A DNA stretch of 64,000 bases, taken from NCBI GenBank assembly GCA_963643345.1, contig CAVIJK010000001.1, positions 14,390 to 78,389 of the forward strand. The letters are read 5' to 3'. Made by a program: the position numbers and the translations under genes. Below, piece by piece: positions 37,490 to 47,018 of the stretch. Source of the DNA: a bacterium. Lineage in GTDB: Bacteria > Bacillota_I > Bacilli_A > RFN20 > CAG-826. The notes under the pieces are model-generated. The model was not told where the DNA came from, searched no databases, and saw only the letters and a list, made by a program, of their open reading frames with translations. Numbering within the stretch: the first letter of the stretch is position 1; each line of letters begins with the position of its first letter.

Positions 37490-38812
37490 ATGCAGACATT
37501 AGATATTTGCGAAACGGTTTTAGAAGACGTTCTTGTCAACGGAACAACATTTTCCGAAGCCTTAAAGAAAGTTTTTAAAACGAGTGTTGACCTTCGCCCG
37601 CAGAGAAATATTGTGGCATCCCTTGTCGGATGTGAATTACGTCACCATCTTTTGTTTACCTATCTTTTAAAACCGATTGAAAGTTTGACTGAGGCCGATA
37701 AGAGATTGGCTTCATTATGCCTTGCCGAATATTATTTTTACCAAAGGCTCAACAAGGAAGAGGTCGACGCTCATTTACTAGCTAAACTTGGCCAAGAGAA
37801 GATTGATCTTCTTGCGCCTTTATTCGAAAAAACCGGCAAGCCTGCCGAATATATCCCAAGTGATATTTCAAAATCCAGCAATAAGTATCTTTCCCTTAGG
37901 TACAACACCCCTGAATGGGTTTTGAAGATAATTGAACACTACGGCTTCGGGACGACATACAAAGTCCTCAGAAAGAATTCTCAGCAGAGAGTGACAACCG
38001 TTCGCGTGAGAGAAGGGTTTGACAAAAATTCAATTGATCCAAACGCATTTAAAGGTTCGCCTGTTCCTGGAATTTATTATTACCACGGCAAGGAATCGCT
38101 AAGAAAACTTGACGCTGCTAAAGAAGGAAAGGTCTTCAACGAGAGACTTGGCACCAAATTCATATTGGATATGTATCCGGTTAGCGACCCGTCGGAATTA
38201 TTCATTTTTGAGGGGAACGGAGACGGTTCCATCTTCAAAGAAGCCATTGAAATTTATGGTAAAAAAATCGGGATGAATTTCGGCGTTTATTCACAGGATA
38301 ATTATGCCGATGTTGCAAGGATGATTAGGAAAGAGGGCCTCAAGAACATTAACTATTTTGCGGCTGACCCATCATTCTTGGACGCCGCCATTTCTCGTCC
38401 GCAGGATTTAGTCATCGTTTCTCCTAAATCGACTAATTTCGATTTGATTAGAGAACAGCCGGATTATCTTCTCCATTTCAAGAAAGATGAGATGGACGAA
38501 CTCTTTAAAAAAGAAAAAGAAGCCCTTGAGGGCGTTTCAAAGGTTGTAGCCGAAGGCGGAACCCTAATTTATGTAATTTATACAATCAGCAAGAAAGAAG
38601 GGCATCAGACTGTTTCTGACTTCTTGCTCAATCATCCTGAATTCAAATTCGTTAAAGAAGAGCAATTCTTCCCGCAAGACGAGCTTGATACATCTATGTA
38701 CTATGCCGTTCTTAAAAAAGAGGAGAACACGATTGTTTTAGACAACCCTGCCTCCTTAGCTAATCCACTTGAAGGAACGGCCTTCTCGTCGATGTCCGCC
38801 AAAGAAAGATAG
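37490..38812 (+). CDS. RsmB/Sun-family homologue (NusB-like N-domain + Fmu-like C-domain) with degenerate catalytic motifs
   Basis: NusB-like N-terminus ('RNIVASLVGCELRHHLLFTYLL') and 'YNTPEWVLK' (RsmB 'HPxWL'). Sits in sun–rlmN synteny. The SAM loop 'DxCAAPGGKT' is replaced by 'ILDMYPVSDPSE', and 'PCS'/'TCS' Cys motifs are replaced by 'SPKS'/'TIS'. Confidence 0.55.
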   Translation: MQTLDICETVLEDVLVNGTTFSEALKKVFKTSVDLRPQRNIVASLVGCELRHHLLFTYLLKPIESLTEADKRLASLCLAEYYFYQRLNKEEVDAHLLAKLGQEKIDLLAPLFEKTGKPAEYIPSDISKSSNKYLSLRYNTPEWVLKIIEHYGFGTTYKVLRKNSQQRVTTVRVREGFDKNSIDPNAFKGSPVPGIYYYHGKESLRKLDAAKEGKVFNERLGTKFILDMYPVSDPSELFIFEGNGDGSIFKEAIEIYGKKIGMNFGVYSQDNYADVARMIRKEGLKNINYFAADPSFLDAAISRPQDLVIVSPKSTNFDLIREQPDYLLHFKKDEMDELFKKEKEALEGVSKVVAEGGTLIYVIYTISKKEGHQTVSDFLLNHPEFKFVKEEQFFPQDELDTSMYYAVLKKEENTIVLDNPASLANPLEGTAFSSMSAKER

Positions 38813-38817
38813 CCAAA

Positions 38818-39867
38818 ATGAAAAAGAATCTCTTTGGTTTTTCTCTCCAAGCATTAGAGGAAGAGATGACAAGCCGTGGCGAGACCCGCTATAGAGCCAA
38901 ACAACTCTATGAATGGATTTACGTCAAAAAGGTTTATGACTTTTCTTTGATGACCGATATTTCAAAAAACTTCAGGAGCGTTTTAAAGGAAGAATATTGT
39001 TTAGATCTTCCGAGTGTTTTCGCGCGCCAAAACGCCGCGGATGGAACGGTTAAGCTTTTGCTGGAAATGGATGATCACTCAAAAGTCGAAACGGTACTCA
39101 TGAGATATGATTATGGCAATGTAATTTGCGTGTCATCTCAAGTCGGATGTTCGATGGCATGCGCATTCTGTGCCTCGGGAATTTTGGCTAAAACTAGAAA
39201 TTTAACGGCAGCTGAAATGGTGGGAGAGGTGGTCCTTATGAACCAGCTCCTATCTCAAGAAGGGGAGAATGTTTCCCATATTGTAGTCATGGGAACGGGA
39301 GAACCGTTCGACAACTATGACAATGTTATGGCCTTTGTCCGCATTATGAATGAGCAAAGAGGGCTTGCGATTGGGGCAAGGCACATCACCGTCTCCACGT
39401 GTGGATTGGTAGAGGGCATAAGAAAGTATGCGAATGAGGGTATCCAAATCAATCTTGCCATATCATTGCATGCACCTAACGATGCGATCAGAAATCAAAT
39501 TATGCCTATCTCCAAAAGGTATAACATGGATGAATTGCTCGACGCTGTTAAATACTACGTTGAAACGGCCGGTCGAAGGGTCACGTTTGAATACATTATG
39601 ATTAAGGGCCTCAACGATTCGTTAGAAAACGCAGATGAACTTGCCAAGAGGCTTAAGGGAATCTTCTGTTATGTGAATTTGATCCCTCTTAACCCCGTGA
39701 AAGAAAAGCCTTTTGAAAGAAGTGAGAATGTCCATGCTTTTAGTAGACGTTTGAATGATAAAGGCATCAATTGTACCGTAAGAAAAGAATTTGGCACCGA
39801 TATTGATGCCGCTTGCGGTCAACTTAGAGTTAAATATGAAAGAAAGGGGAAGAACTATGGCAACTAA
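38818..39867 (+). CDS. rlmN: 23S rRNA/tRNA m2A methyltransferase RlmN (radical SAM)
   Basis: Radical-SAM 'CSMACAFCASG' plus RlmN-typical C-terminal Cys ('DIDAACGQL'). Confidence 0.85.
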   Translation: MKKNLFGFSLQALEEEMTSRGETRYRAKQLYEWIYVKKVYDFSLMTDISKNFRSVLKEEYCLDLPSVFARQNAADGTVKLLLEMDDHSKVETVLMRYDYGNVICVSSQVGCSMACAFCASGILAKTRNLTAAEMVGEVVLMNQLLSQEGENVSHIVVMGTGEPFDNYDNVMAFVRIMNEQRGLAIGARHITVSTCGLVEGIRKYANEGIQINLAISLHAPNDAIRNQIMPISKRYNMDELLDAVKYYVETAGRRVTFEYIMIKGLNDSLENADELAKRLKGIFCYVNLIPLNPVKEKPFERSENVHAFSRRLNDKGINCTVRKEFGTDIDAACGQLRVKYERKGKNYGN

Positions 39868-40609
39868 ATATCGCGGAAGTTATGGATATAAAGCCCATCA
39901 GGGGATGGTCCGTAAGAACAACGAAGATCAGGCTTCCGTTTTGATGAACCCTGATGGAGAAGTTCTTCTTGTTGTTTGCGATGGAATGGGTGGCCAGCAA
40001 AAAGGCGACGTCGCTTCACGCATGGCAATCGACATCATCACAAAGGCTTTCCCTTCAAAAAGAAAACATTTATTTGCGAGCGCAGATGTCTCATGGCTTA
40101 CAAAGATTGCGAAGAAGGCCAACTCATCAATTTACGAAACGGCTGACAAAAATCCGCGATATAAAGGAATGGGCACAACTTTGACTGCGGCCTTAATCTC
40201 TAATAAGAGAATGATTGTCGTTTCGGTTGGAGACAGTCGCTGCTATAGCTTGAAAAACGGCGTAATCAAGCAAATAACCGAGGATCAAACCTATGTTCAA
40301 ATGCTTGTGAATACTGGAAAAATTACCCCAGAAGAAGCTTTGACTCACCCAAAGAGGCACGTATTGCTCAATGCCATGGGTATCTATCCATCGCTTTCTT
40401 TAGACGTTAAGAGAATGAAATATCGTGGGGAGACAATACTCCTTTGTACTGACGGACTTTATAACCAAGTTCCTGCAGATGAGATTTGCGCCATCTTATC
40501 AAGCGATGAGCGCGTTGATCAAAAGCCTATGTCACTAATCGTTGCCGCCAATGCACACGGCGGAAGCGACAATATTGGTGTCGCCGTCTGGGAGACTGAA
40601 GCGCAATGA
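39857..40609 (+). CDS. PP2C-family Ser/Thr protein phosphatase
   Basis: Motifs 'NEDQ', 'VCDGMGG' and 'GSDNIGVAV' of PPM phosphatases. Start taken at MATKYRG, overlapping the rlmN 3' end. Confidence 0.8.
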   Translation: MATKYRGSYGYKAHQGMVRKNNEDQASVLMNPDGEVLLVVCDGMGGQQKGDVASRMAIDIITKAFPSKRKHLFASADVSWLTKIAKKANSSIYETADKNPRYKGMGTTLTAALISNKRMIVVSVGDSRCYSLKNGVIKQITEDQTYVQMLVNTGKITPEEALTHPKRHVLLNAMGIYPSLSLDVKRMKYRGETILLCTDGLYNQVPADEICAILSSDERVDQKPMSLIVAANAHGGSDNIGVAVWETEAQ

Positions 40610-41487
40610 TAGAAATCGGAAGCAAAATTGATGGCCGTTATCGCGTGACCGGAAGAATCGCCCATGGTGGCATGGCCGATGTTTATGAGGGATTTGACAC
40701 ATTGTCACATCGCTATGTCGCAATTAAGGTCATGCGCATTGACTGCATGGCCGATAAAGAAAACATCAGACGTTTTAGAAAAGAATGTGAGGCATGCGCT
40801 TGTTTTAATTCGCCCTACATTGTAAGAATCTACGGACAAGGAACCGTAGACGGCGGTCGTCCATACATGATTAACGAATATGTCGAAGGAAGAACTCTTC
40901 GTGACAAATTAAACATGGTGGAAAATCATTGTTTAAGCGCCAGGGAAGCCTGCGAATTTATGGTACAGCTTTGCTTGGGAATGCAATATGTCCATGATCA
41001 TGGCGTTGTTCATCGTGATATTAAACCAGACAACCTTTTCTATTCCCCAGATGGCTCTGTGAAAATTACTGACTTTGGAATTTCAAGCCACGTTGGCGAG
41101 AAGGCTAATAGGGAGGCGATCCCTGGAACTCTTTATTACACGGCACCTGAGATACTTACGGGCGGGGATCCGCTGATTCAATCTGATATTTTCTCGATGG
41201 GTGTAGTTTTTTATGAAATGCTTACGGGAAAACTTCCGTTTAACGGAGAAGACAAAAAGGCTGTTGTCAGCGCAATTGTCAAGAAAAGCGCACCAACTCC
41301 TTCCGATGATTATGCATCGATTCCAAAGGCCGTTGACCGTATCGTCATCAAATGTCTCAAGAAGAGGTATCAGGAAAGATACCAATCATGCAATCAACTT
41401 CGCAAAGCCATTGAGGCCGTTTTGAAAGATAAGAAAGCTTTTAAAGAGAAGAAATCCCTTCTCTCAAAAATATTTGGGTTTAAATAA
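40606..41487 (+). CDS. Hanks-type Ser/Thr protein kinase, kinase domain only (no TM/PASTA)
   Basis: 'VAIK', 'HRDIKPDN', 'DFG', 'APE' motifs. Only 293 aa, with no hydrophobic segment or PASTA repeats. 4-nt overlap with the phosphatase gene. Confidence 0.85.
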   Translation: MIEIGSKIDGRYRVTGRIAHGGMADVYEGFDTLSHRYVAIKVMRIDCMADKENIRRFRKECEACACFNSPYIVRIYGQGTVDGGRPYMINEYVEGRTLRDKLNMVENHCLSAREACEFMVQLCLGMQYVHDHGVVHRDIKPDNLFYSPDGSVKITDFGISSHVGEKANREAIPGTLYYTAPEILTGGDPLIQSDIFSMGVVFYEMLTGKLPFNGEDKKAVVSAIVKKSAPTPSDDYASIPKAVDRIVIKCLKKRYQERYQSCNQLRKAIEAVLKDKKAFKEKKSLLSKIFGFK

Positions 41488-41489
41488 CT

Positions 41490-42155
41490 ATGAGATATGC
41501 ATCAGTAAATAAACGTTATATTTCCCCATCTCTTCTTGCCGCTGATAAAACAAGGCTTCCAGAAGAAATTGCCTTACTTAAGACTTCTAAGGCTAGATAT
41601 GTCCACATCGACATCATGGATGGTAAATTTGTTCCTGCCACAACTTTTAGTATGGCTGAAGTCGCCTCTATAATGAATAATTCCAAAGGCATAGTAAGGG
41701 ATGTCCATATCATGGTCGAAAAACCATGGATAGAAGGACCGAAGTACGCCTCAATGGGCGCATCAATTGTCACATTCCATCTTGAAGCCTGCCCTACAAA
41801 GGAAATGGTTTTAAAGACCATTAAAAATATCAAAGAAGCCGGTTCTCATGTCGGTATATCGATCAAACCTGCTACACCGGTGGAGTCCGTTCTGCCTTAT
41901 TTGAATTTGGTTGATATGGTATTGATAATGACTGTAGAGCCAGGCAAAGGCGGCCAAAAGTTTATGCCTGAATGTGCGGAGAAGATTGCTTATTTAAACA
42001 AAATTCAAAACCGTAAATTTCTCATCGAATGCGATGGCGGAATTAAAGATACCACCGTACAGGTCGTGAAGGATGCGGGCTGCAATGTAATTGTTGCCGG
42101 ATCTTATTTATTCGGCCATGACGATTTTGTGGATAGAGTTGAGAGGTTATTATAA
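41490..42155 (+). CDS. rpe: ribulose-phosphate 3-epimerase
   Basis: 'SLLAAD…HIDIMDGKFVP' and 'MTVEPGKGGQKF' signatures. Confidence 0.85.
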   Translation: MRYASVNKRYISPSLLAADKTRLPEEIALLKTSKARYVHIDIMDGKFVPATTFSMAEVASIMNNSKGIVRDVHIMVEKPWIEGPKYASMGASIVTFHLEACPTKEMVLKTIKNIKEAGSHVGISIKPATPVESVLPYLNLVDMVLIMTVEPGKGGQKFMPECAEKIAYLNKIQNRKFLIECDGGIKDTTVQVVKDAGCNVIVAGSYLFGHDDFVDRVERLL

Positions 42156-42829
42156 TGTCAGTTGCTTTATTCGTTTCGTTTGTCGCCATTCCAACGATTG
42201 TCTTAATCGCTTTTCTTACGACTGTATTTTTTGGATATAAGAAAGAATGGGATAATTATTCGCTTAAGGCCTATTTGCCATATGAGGCTTTCGAAAGGAT
42301 GAATCCCACAACTAGAATCATCGCTCGTGTGCTCTATTTTGTTTATCTGGCTTCCGTCCTCCCTTTCTTGGCGTATCTCGTTAAATATTCTTCATCTTAT
42401 AATGACCAATTAATTGTCTTTTCCGTTTTAAACATGATAATCGGCGTGCTATGTGTCGGGATAAGCATTGCTTTAACCTATGTCAAAGCCGTTCTTCCAA
42501 AACAGCACATGGCATTGGCAATTGGTCATGGATTGGTGGTGGTGGTCAACGCTTTTACGATCTCAAGCGTTTTGAATCTGTTGCGTAGCGGGAATATGGT
42601 TAGTTCTAAATATAACTATTTCATCCTGGGTGCGATTATCACATTCGTCCTCATCGCGTCATTTGTTATCGCCATCTTCCTCAAGAAGGATGTTTATTCG
42701 TGGGAGTATGTTGAAAAGGACGGCAAGAGAAGTTTCTTCGCTTTAGCCTTGACGGAATGGATTACTATCTTTGCAATGTACGCAGTTTATGTCCTAAGCG
42801 TTATCTCAATATTTGTCGTTAATTGTTAA
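42155..42829 (+). CDS. hypothetical polytopic membrane protein
   Basis: ~6 hydrophobic helices. Translationally coupled to rpe (TAATG overlap). Confidence 0.5.
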   Translation: MSVALFVSFVAIPTIVLIAFLTTVFFGYKKEWDNYSLKAYLPYEAFERMNPTTRIIARVLYFVYLASVLPFLAYLVKYSSSYNDQLIVFSVLNMIIGVLCVGISIALTYVKAVLPKQHMALAIGHGLVVVVNAFTISSVLNLLRSGNMVSSKYNYFILGAIITFVLIASFVIAIFLKKDVYSWEYVEKDGKRSFFALALTEWITIFAMYAVYVLSVISIFVVNC

Positions 42830-42844
42830 AGTAAGTATAAGGAA

Positions 42845-42880
42845 CAAAAAAAGAAGCGGAATTCCGCTTCTATTTTTTCA
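42845..42880. terminator. bidirectional intrinsic terminator
   Basis: GAAGCGGA-a-TTCCGCTTC palindrome (42853–42870) between an A-run and a T-run, between convergent genes. Confidence 0.7.
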
Positions 42881-42897
42881 TTGGTAAGAAGAACTAA

Positions 42898-43095
42898 TTA
42901 CTCAGCTTCTTTTGCGCTCTTGTTGAGTGAGCGGTAAGCACGAGCACTCATCTTAACAGTAACAACTTTACCATTGATATTGAGTTTGTACTTGTGAAGG
43001 TTGACGTTCCAAACGCGACGTGTTGCTCTGACAGAGTGGGAACGATTGTTTCCGCTCATTGGTCCTTTACCTGTGACTTGGCATACTCTTGACAT
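42898..43095 (-). CDS. rpmB: 50S ribosomal protein L28
   Basis: 'MSRVCQVTGKGPMSGNNRSHS…' is the canonical L28 opening. AAGGAG RBS 8 nt upstream of this ATG; the longer tracked ORF start is unlikely. Confidence 0.9.
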   Translation of the reverse strand: MSRVCQVTGKGPMSGNNRSHSVRATRRVWNVNLHKYKLNINGKVVTVKMSARAYRSLNKSAKEAE

Positions 43096-43240
43096 AATTA
43101 ATTCACTCCTTTTCGGGATACGACTCGAAAATCGCATTTAGGACTATACCACTATGGCGACGAGACGGCAACCAAATATTTAAAATATTTCGATAAAACG
43201 CTGAATATGTCACCTTTTATGTAATATAGGCAATCAATAA

Positions 43241-43269
43241 GATTAATTTTTAAGATATTGTGGTACAAT
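43241..43269 (+). promoter_or_regulatory. glg operon promoter with extended -10 (TGgTACAAT)
   Basis: TG 43261–43262 plus TACAAT 43264–43269, and a weak -35 'GATTAA' 17 nt upstream. GGAGGG RBS at 43284–43289. Confidence 0.4.
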
Positions 43270-43295
43270 ATATCCAAACTTTTGGAGGGAAAATT

Positions 43296-44426
43296 ATGAG
43301 CACCAAATTGGCGGCTATGATTCTCGCAGGTGGAAAAGGGACCAGGCTTTTGGCTTTGACTAAAAAAGTTGCAAAGCCGGCTGTTTCTTATGGCGGAAAA
43401 TATCGCATTATCGATTTCCCGCTTTCCAATTGCGCTAACACAGGGATAACTTGTGTATCAGTCTTGACACAATATGAGTCAAGCGAACTTAACACTTATG
43501 TCGGCAACGGCGAGAAATGGGGGTTAAACGGGGTTAGATCTATCACTTCCGTTTTAACTCCAAAACAAACGGATGAGGGAAACAACTGGTATAGAGGAAC
43601 CGCGGATGCAATCTACCAGAACATCGACTGGCTCGATGGAGTCCATCCGGAGTACGTGTTGATACTTTCCGGCGACCACATCTATTCTTGCACATACAAC
43701 GCAATGCTCAAGAAGCACACCGATAACAATGCTGACTGCACAATCGCGGTGTATGAGGTACCTTGGGCTGAGGCCTCGCGTTTTGGTATCCTTGTCACTG
43801 ATGACAACGATAACATCACCGATTTCCAGGAAAAGCCAAAGAAGCCGGTTAGCAATCTGGCATCAATGGGAATTTACATTTTCACATACAAAACATTGAG
43901 GGCGACCCTTATTGCCGATGCCGCTGATCCAAATTCGGAGCACGACTTCGGAAAGAACATCATCCCGAAAATGATGTCACAGAAAAAGAAGATGGTTGCC
44001 TATACCTATTCAGGATATTGGAAGGATGTTGGAACGGTTTCATCTCTTCATCAGGCAAATATGGATTTGCTTTTGTCAGGAGACCCGAATGTCAACCTAT
44101 ACAAAGTCCAAGGAGACAACAAGATTTTGTCTGAGGATAACCACTCATTACCTCAATATATCGGCGCCAAAGCCGTTGTCAGAGACTCGCTGGTAAATCA
44201 AGGTGCGACGATTCTTGGCAACATTGATCATTGCGTTGTCTCATCCGATGCGACAGTTGAGGAAGGGGCATCTTGCGAAAACTGCGTCATCATGAACGGC
44301 GCCCTTGTCAAGAGCGGCGTCAAAGTGATCAACGCAATAGTGGGGCAAGACACCCTCGTTGATGAAAATGTTGTCGGAGAGCCTGGAAACATTGCTCTCG
44401 TCGTTAATGGAAAGGCAGGTAAATAA
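43296..44426 (+). CDS. glgC: glucose-1-phosphate adenylyltransferase
   Basis: 'ILAGGKGTRL…AKPAVSYGGKYRIIDFPLSNC' signature. Start placed at the Met with RBS. Confidence 0.9.
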   Translation: MSTKLAAMILAGGKGTRLLALTKKVAKPAVSYGGKYRIIDFPLSNCANTGITCVSVLTQYESSELNTYVGNGEKWGLNGVRSITSVLTPKQTDEGNNWYRGTADAIYQNIDWLDGVHPEYVLILSGDHIYSCTYNAMLKKHTDNNADCTIAVYEVPWAEASRFGILVTDDNDNITDFQEKPKKPVSNLASMGIYIFTYKTLRATLIADAADPNSEHDFGKNIIPKMMSQKKKMVAYTYSGYWKDVGTVSSLHQANMDLLLSGDPNVNLYKVQGDNKILSEDNHSLPQYIGAKAVVRDSLVNQGATILGNIDHCVVSSDATVEEGASCENCVIMNGALVKSGVKVINAIVGQDTLVDENVVGEPGNIALVVNGKAGK

Positions 44427-44427
44427 C

Positions 44428-45546
44428 ATGAAAGGCGTATTAGGAATTCTAGATTGCCATAACTCATGCATGCTTGGTGAATTGACGGCTGACCGTCCAC
44501 TTGCTTCCGTCAGTTTCCTCGGAAGATATGCATTTTGCGATTTCCCATTATCCAACTTCTGCAACTCGGGTATCGATAATGTTGGAATCCTTGTCAAGGA
44601 ACATCAAAGGTCCATCCTCAAGCATCTTGGCAACTCAATGTCTTGGGTTAACAACACTAAATTGGGCAGGATCAGTGTGTTTTATAATGAAAAAGGACAG
44701 GTTAACCCTGCTTACAACACCGATTTGGCAAACCTCAAGCAGAACGATTGGGTCATCATTACCTCCGGTTGCAAATATATTGTCATTCAATCAGCCGACG
44801 TTATCATGAATACCGATCTTGAACCATACATCTTGGAACATATTGAACGAGGCGAGAAAATCACATCTATTTACCAAGAAATTGACGATGCGGATAAAGA
44901 ATTTATCGGCGGAAACGTATATGAGATCGACAGCGAAGATTATCTCATCACCGCCAAACCAAACAATGGCGAACACAAGAAAGCAAAGGTCGCTCTTGGA
45001 ACCTGGATCATCAATAGAGATATCATGCAGACGATTTTTGATGAATCTGAAAAAGTCCCGGCCTCATACGGTTTAAAAGAGATGATTGGATATCTTGCGG
45101 AAAACGGCGTCTTCAATGTCCATTGCGTTCCACACACTGGGTATGTAAGAAGAATTGATTCTCTTCAGCATTATGTCCAATATTCATTTGAACTTTTAAA
45201 TAGAGATGTATCGAAACAACTTTTCGTACCGGAAAGGCCGATATATACGACAACTCACGATACAGCGCCGGCACTATATGGCGAATCCTCCAAAATTACG
45301 AATTCATTCATCGCTAATGGTTGTGTAATCGAAGGAGAAGTTAGCAATTCCATCATCTCCCGTGATGTAAAAGTCGGGAAAGGCGCGGTAGTCAGCAACG
45401 CTATACTTCTCTCCAATGTTTGGGTTTTAGATGGCGCCAAAGTTCAATACTCTATCGTCGATAAATATTCGACAGTCAACGAAAATCACACTATTGCAGG
45501 CGATGGCGAGAATCTTATCTACATCAAGCAAGGAGCTAAAATCTAA
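44428..45546 (+). CDS. glgD: glycogen biosynthesis protein GlgD (regulatory ADP-Glc pyrophosphorylase paralogue)
   Basis: GlgC paralogue directly after glgC, as in Firmicutes. Motif 'GRYAFCDFPLSNFCNSGI'. Confidence 0.8.
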   Translation: MKGVLGILDCHNSCMLGELTADRPLASVSFLGRYAFCDFPLSNFCNSGIDNVGILVKEHQRSILKHLGNSMSWVNNTKLGRISVFYNEKGQVNPAYNTDLANLKQNDWVIITSGCKYIVIQSADVIMNTDLEPYILEHIERGEKITSIYQEIDDADKEFIGGNVYEIDSEDYLITAKPNNGEHKKAKVALGTWIINRDIMQTIFDESEKVPASYGLKEMIGYLAENGVFNVHCVPHTGYVRRIDSLQHYVQYSFELLNRDVSKQLFVPERPIYTTTHDTAPALYGESSKITNSFIANGCVIEGEVSNSIISRDVKVGKGAVVSNAILLSNVWVLDGAKVQYSIVDKYSTVNENHTIAGDGENLIYIKQGAKI

Positions 45547-46985
45547 TGAAAATCGCAATGTTTTCATCGGAAGCCAATCCGCTTGCTAAGTCAGGCGGTC
45601 TCGCCGATGTCGCCTACTCCCTTTCCAAAGAGCTTGTGAAAATGGGCCATGAGGTGATTCTTGCAATGCCGCTTTACAAGGCGATGTGGAGGAAAGAAAA
45701 ACAATACAAATACAAGAAAGTCGATGAATTCGAAGTCGCTCTTTCTTGGCGTAAGAACACCGCCGCAATCTACACAACCGAAATAGATGGAATCAAATAT
45801 TACCTTATCTCTAACGGACCGTATTTTGAAAGAGATAATCTTTACAGTTATCCAGACGATACCGAAAGATTTGCTTTCTATCAGGTTGCGTGCGTGACTC
45901 TCATGAAGAGGCTCAAATTCCAGGCTGATATCATTCACGTTCACGACCATCAGGCCAGTTTCATCCCGGTTCTTATCAAAGAGAAAGAAAGGGACAATAA
46001 ATTGTTTGCTAAGACGAAATTCATCTTAACAATCCACAATCCGGCCTTTAGAGGCGAGTTTGATCGTTTCTATCTCGGTGATTTCTACGGATTGTCAGAC
46101 TCGCTTTATGATAACGGAACGGTTAGATTCAACAACATGGTGTCTACTCTTAAGGCCGGCATGATTTATTGCGACAAGATTACGACGGTTTCCCCAACTC
46201 ATAGAAACGAATTACTAAGCCCCGATTCGGAATTCCATCTAAATGGTGTTCTAAATTGGAGATACGATGATTTCGTCGGCATCGTTAATGGCATCGATAC
46301 AAAAGAATGGGATTCGAGAAAAGACCCTAAGATTGACTTTAATTATGGCATCACCAATCTTGAAGAGGGCAAACACGCTAACCAGGCCGCCCTGCTTAAG
46401 GCTATGAATATCAAGTTTTATGGCGGTCCCGTTTATGGCCTCGTTTCCCGCTTGTCATGGCAAAAAGGAATAAGTCTTGTTACCGAATCGATGAGAAAAG
46501 CCCTTAGACAGGGCGCTAATCTTGTCGTTCTTGGCTCAGGTGAATATGAACTTGAGCAGCAGATGGAGCAATTAAGACGCGAATTCCCGGATACTTGCGG
46601 AATATACATCGGGTATTCCGATGACCTTGCTCATAAGATTTACGCAGGATGCGATTTCTTCTTGATGCCGTCATTATTTGAACCGTGTGGAATCTCTCAG
46701 ATGATTTCACAACGATACGGAACGCTCCCTATCGTGAGATACACTGGCGGACTTGCGGATACGGTCGAAGGTTATGTAGGTGATAACCTAAATACCGCTA
46801 ATGGAATCGGTTTCAATAACTATGATTCCATGGGAATGGATTATGCTATTGGCATGAGCAGAGCGCTCTACGCCGACCAAAAGGCATTCTATAAAGTGGC
46901 AAGAACCGCAATGAGACTTGACCGTTCATGGGCGCAATCTGCTAAAAACTACGAGGACCTGTACATTTCAGCTCTTCAAAAATAA
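45546..46985 (+). CDS. glgA: glycogen synthase (ADP-glucose type)
   Basis: 'MKIAMFSSEANPLAKSGGLADV' (KxGGL) N-terminal signature plus GT5 C-terminal blocks. Confidence 0.9.
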   Translation: MKIAMFSSEANPLAKSGGLADVAYSLSKELVKMGHEVILAMPLYKAMWRKEKQYKYKKVDEFEVALSWRKNTAAIYTTEIDGIKYYLISNGPYFERDNLYSYPDDTERFAFYQVACVTLMKRLKFQADIIHVHDHQASFIPVLIKEKERDNKLFAKTKFILTIHNPAFRGEFDRFYLGDFYGLSDSLYDNGTVRFNNMVSTLKAGMIYCDKITTVSPTHRNELLSPDSEFHLNGVLNWRYDDFVGIVNGIDTKEWDSRKDPKIDFNYGITNLEEGKHANQAALLKAMNIKFYGGPVYGLVSRLSWQKGISLVTESMRKALRQGANLVVLGSGEYELEQQMEQLRREFPDTCGIYIGYSDDLAHKIYAGCDFFLMPSLFEPCGISQMISQRYGTLPIVRYTGGLADTVEGYVGDNLNTANGIGFNNYDSMGMDYAIGMSRALYADQKAFYKVARTAMRLDRSWAQSAKNYEDLYISALQK

Positions 46986-47018
46986 TAAACCTAACTTAAT
47001 TTTACAAAGGAGTCGACT

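Noticed and set aside
43096-43260. 165-nt region upstream of rpmB as possible ribosomal-protein leader/ncRNA
   Set aside because: No stable conserved structure recognised. It most simply holds the divergent rpmB and glgC promoters.
46986-47018. T-box leader expected upstream of leuS
   Set aside because: Only 33 nt separate glgA and leuS, which is far too short for a T-box (~250 nt). No specifier/antiterminator sequences are seen.
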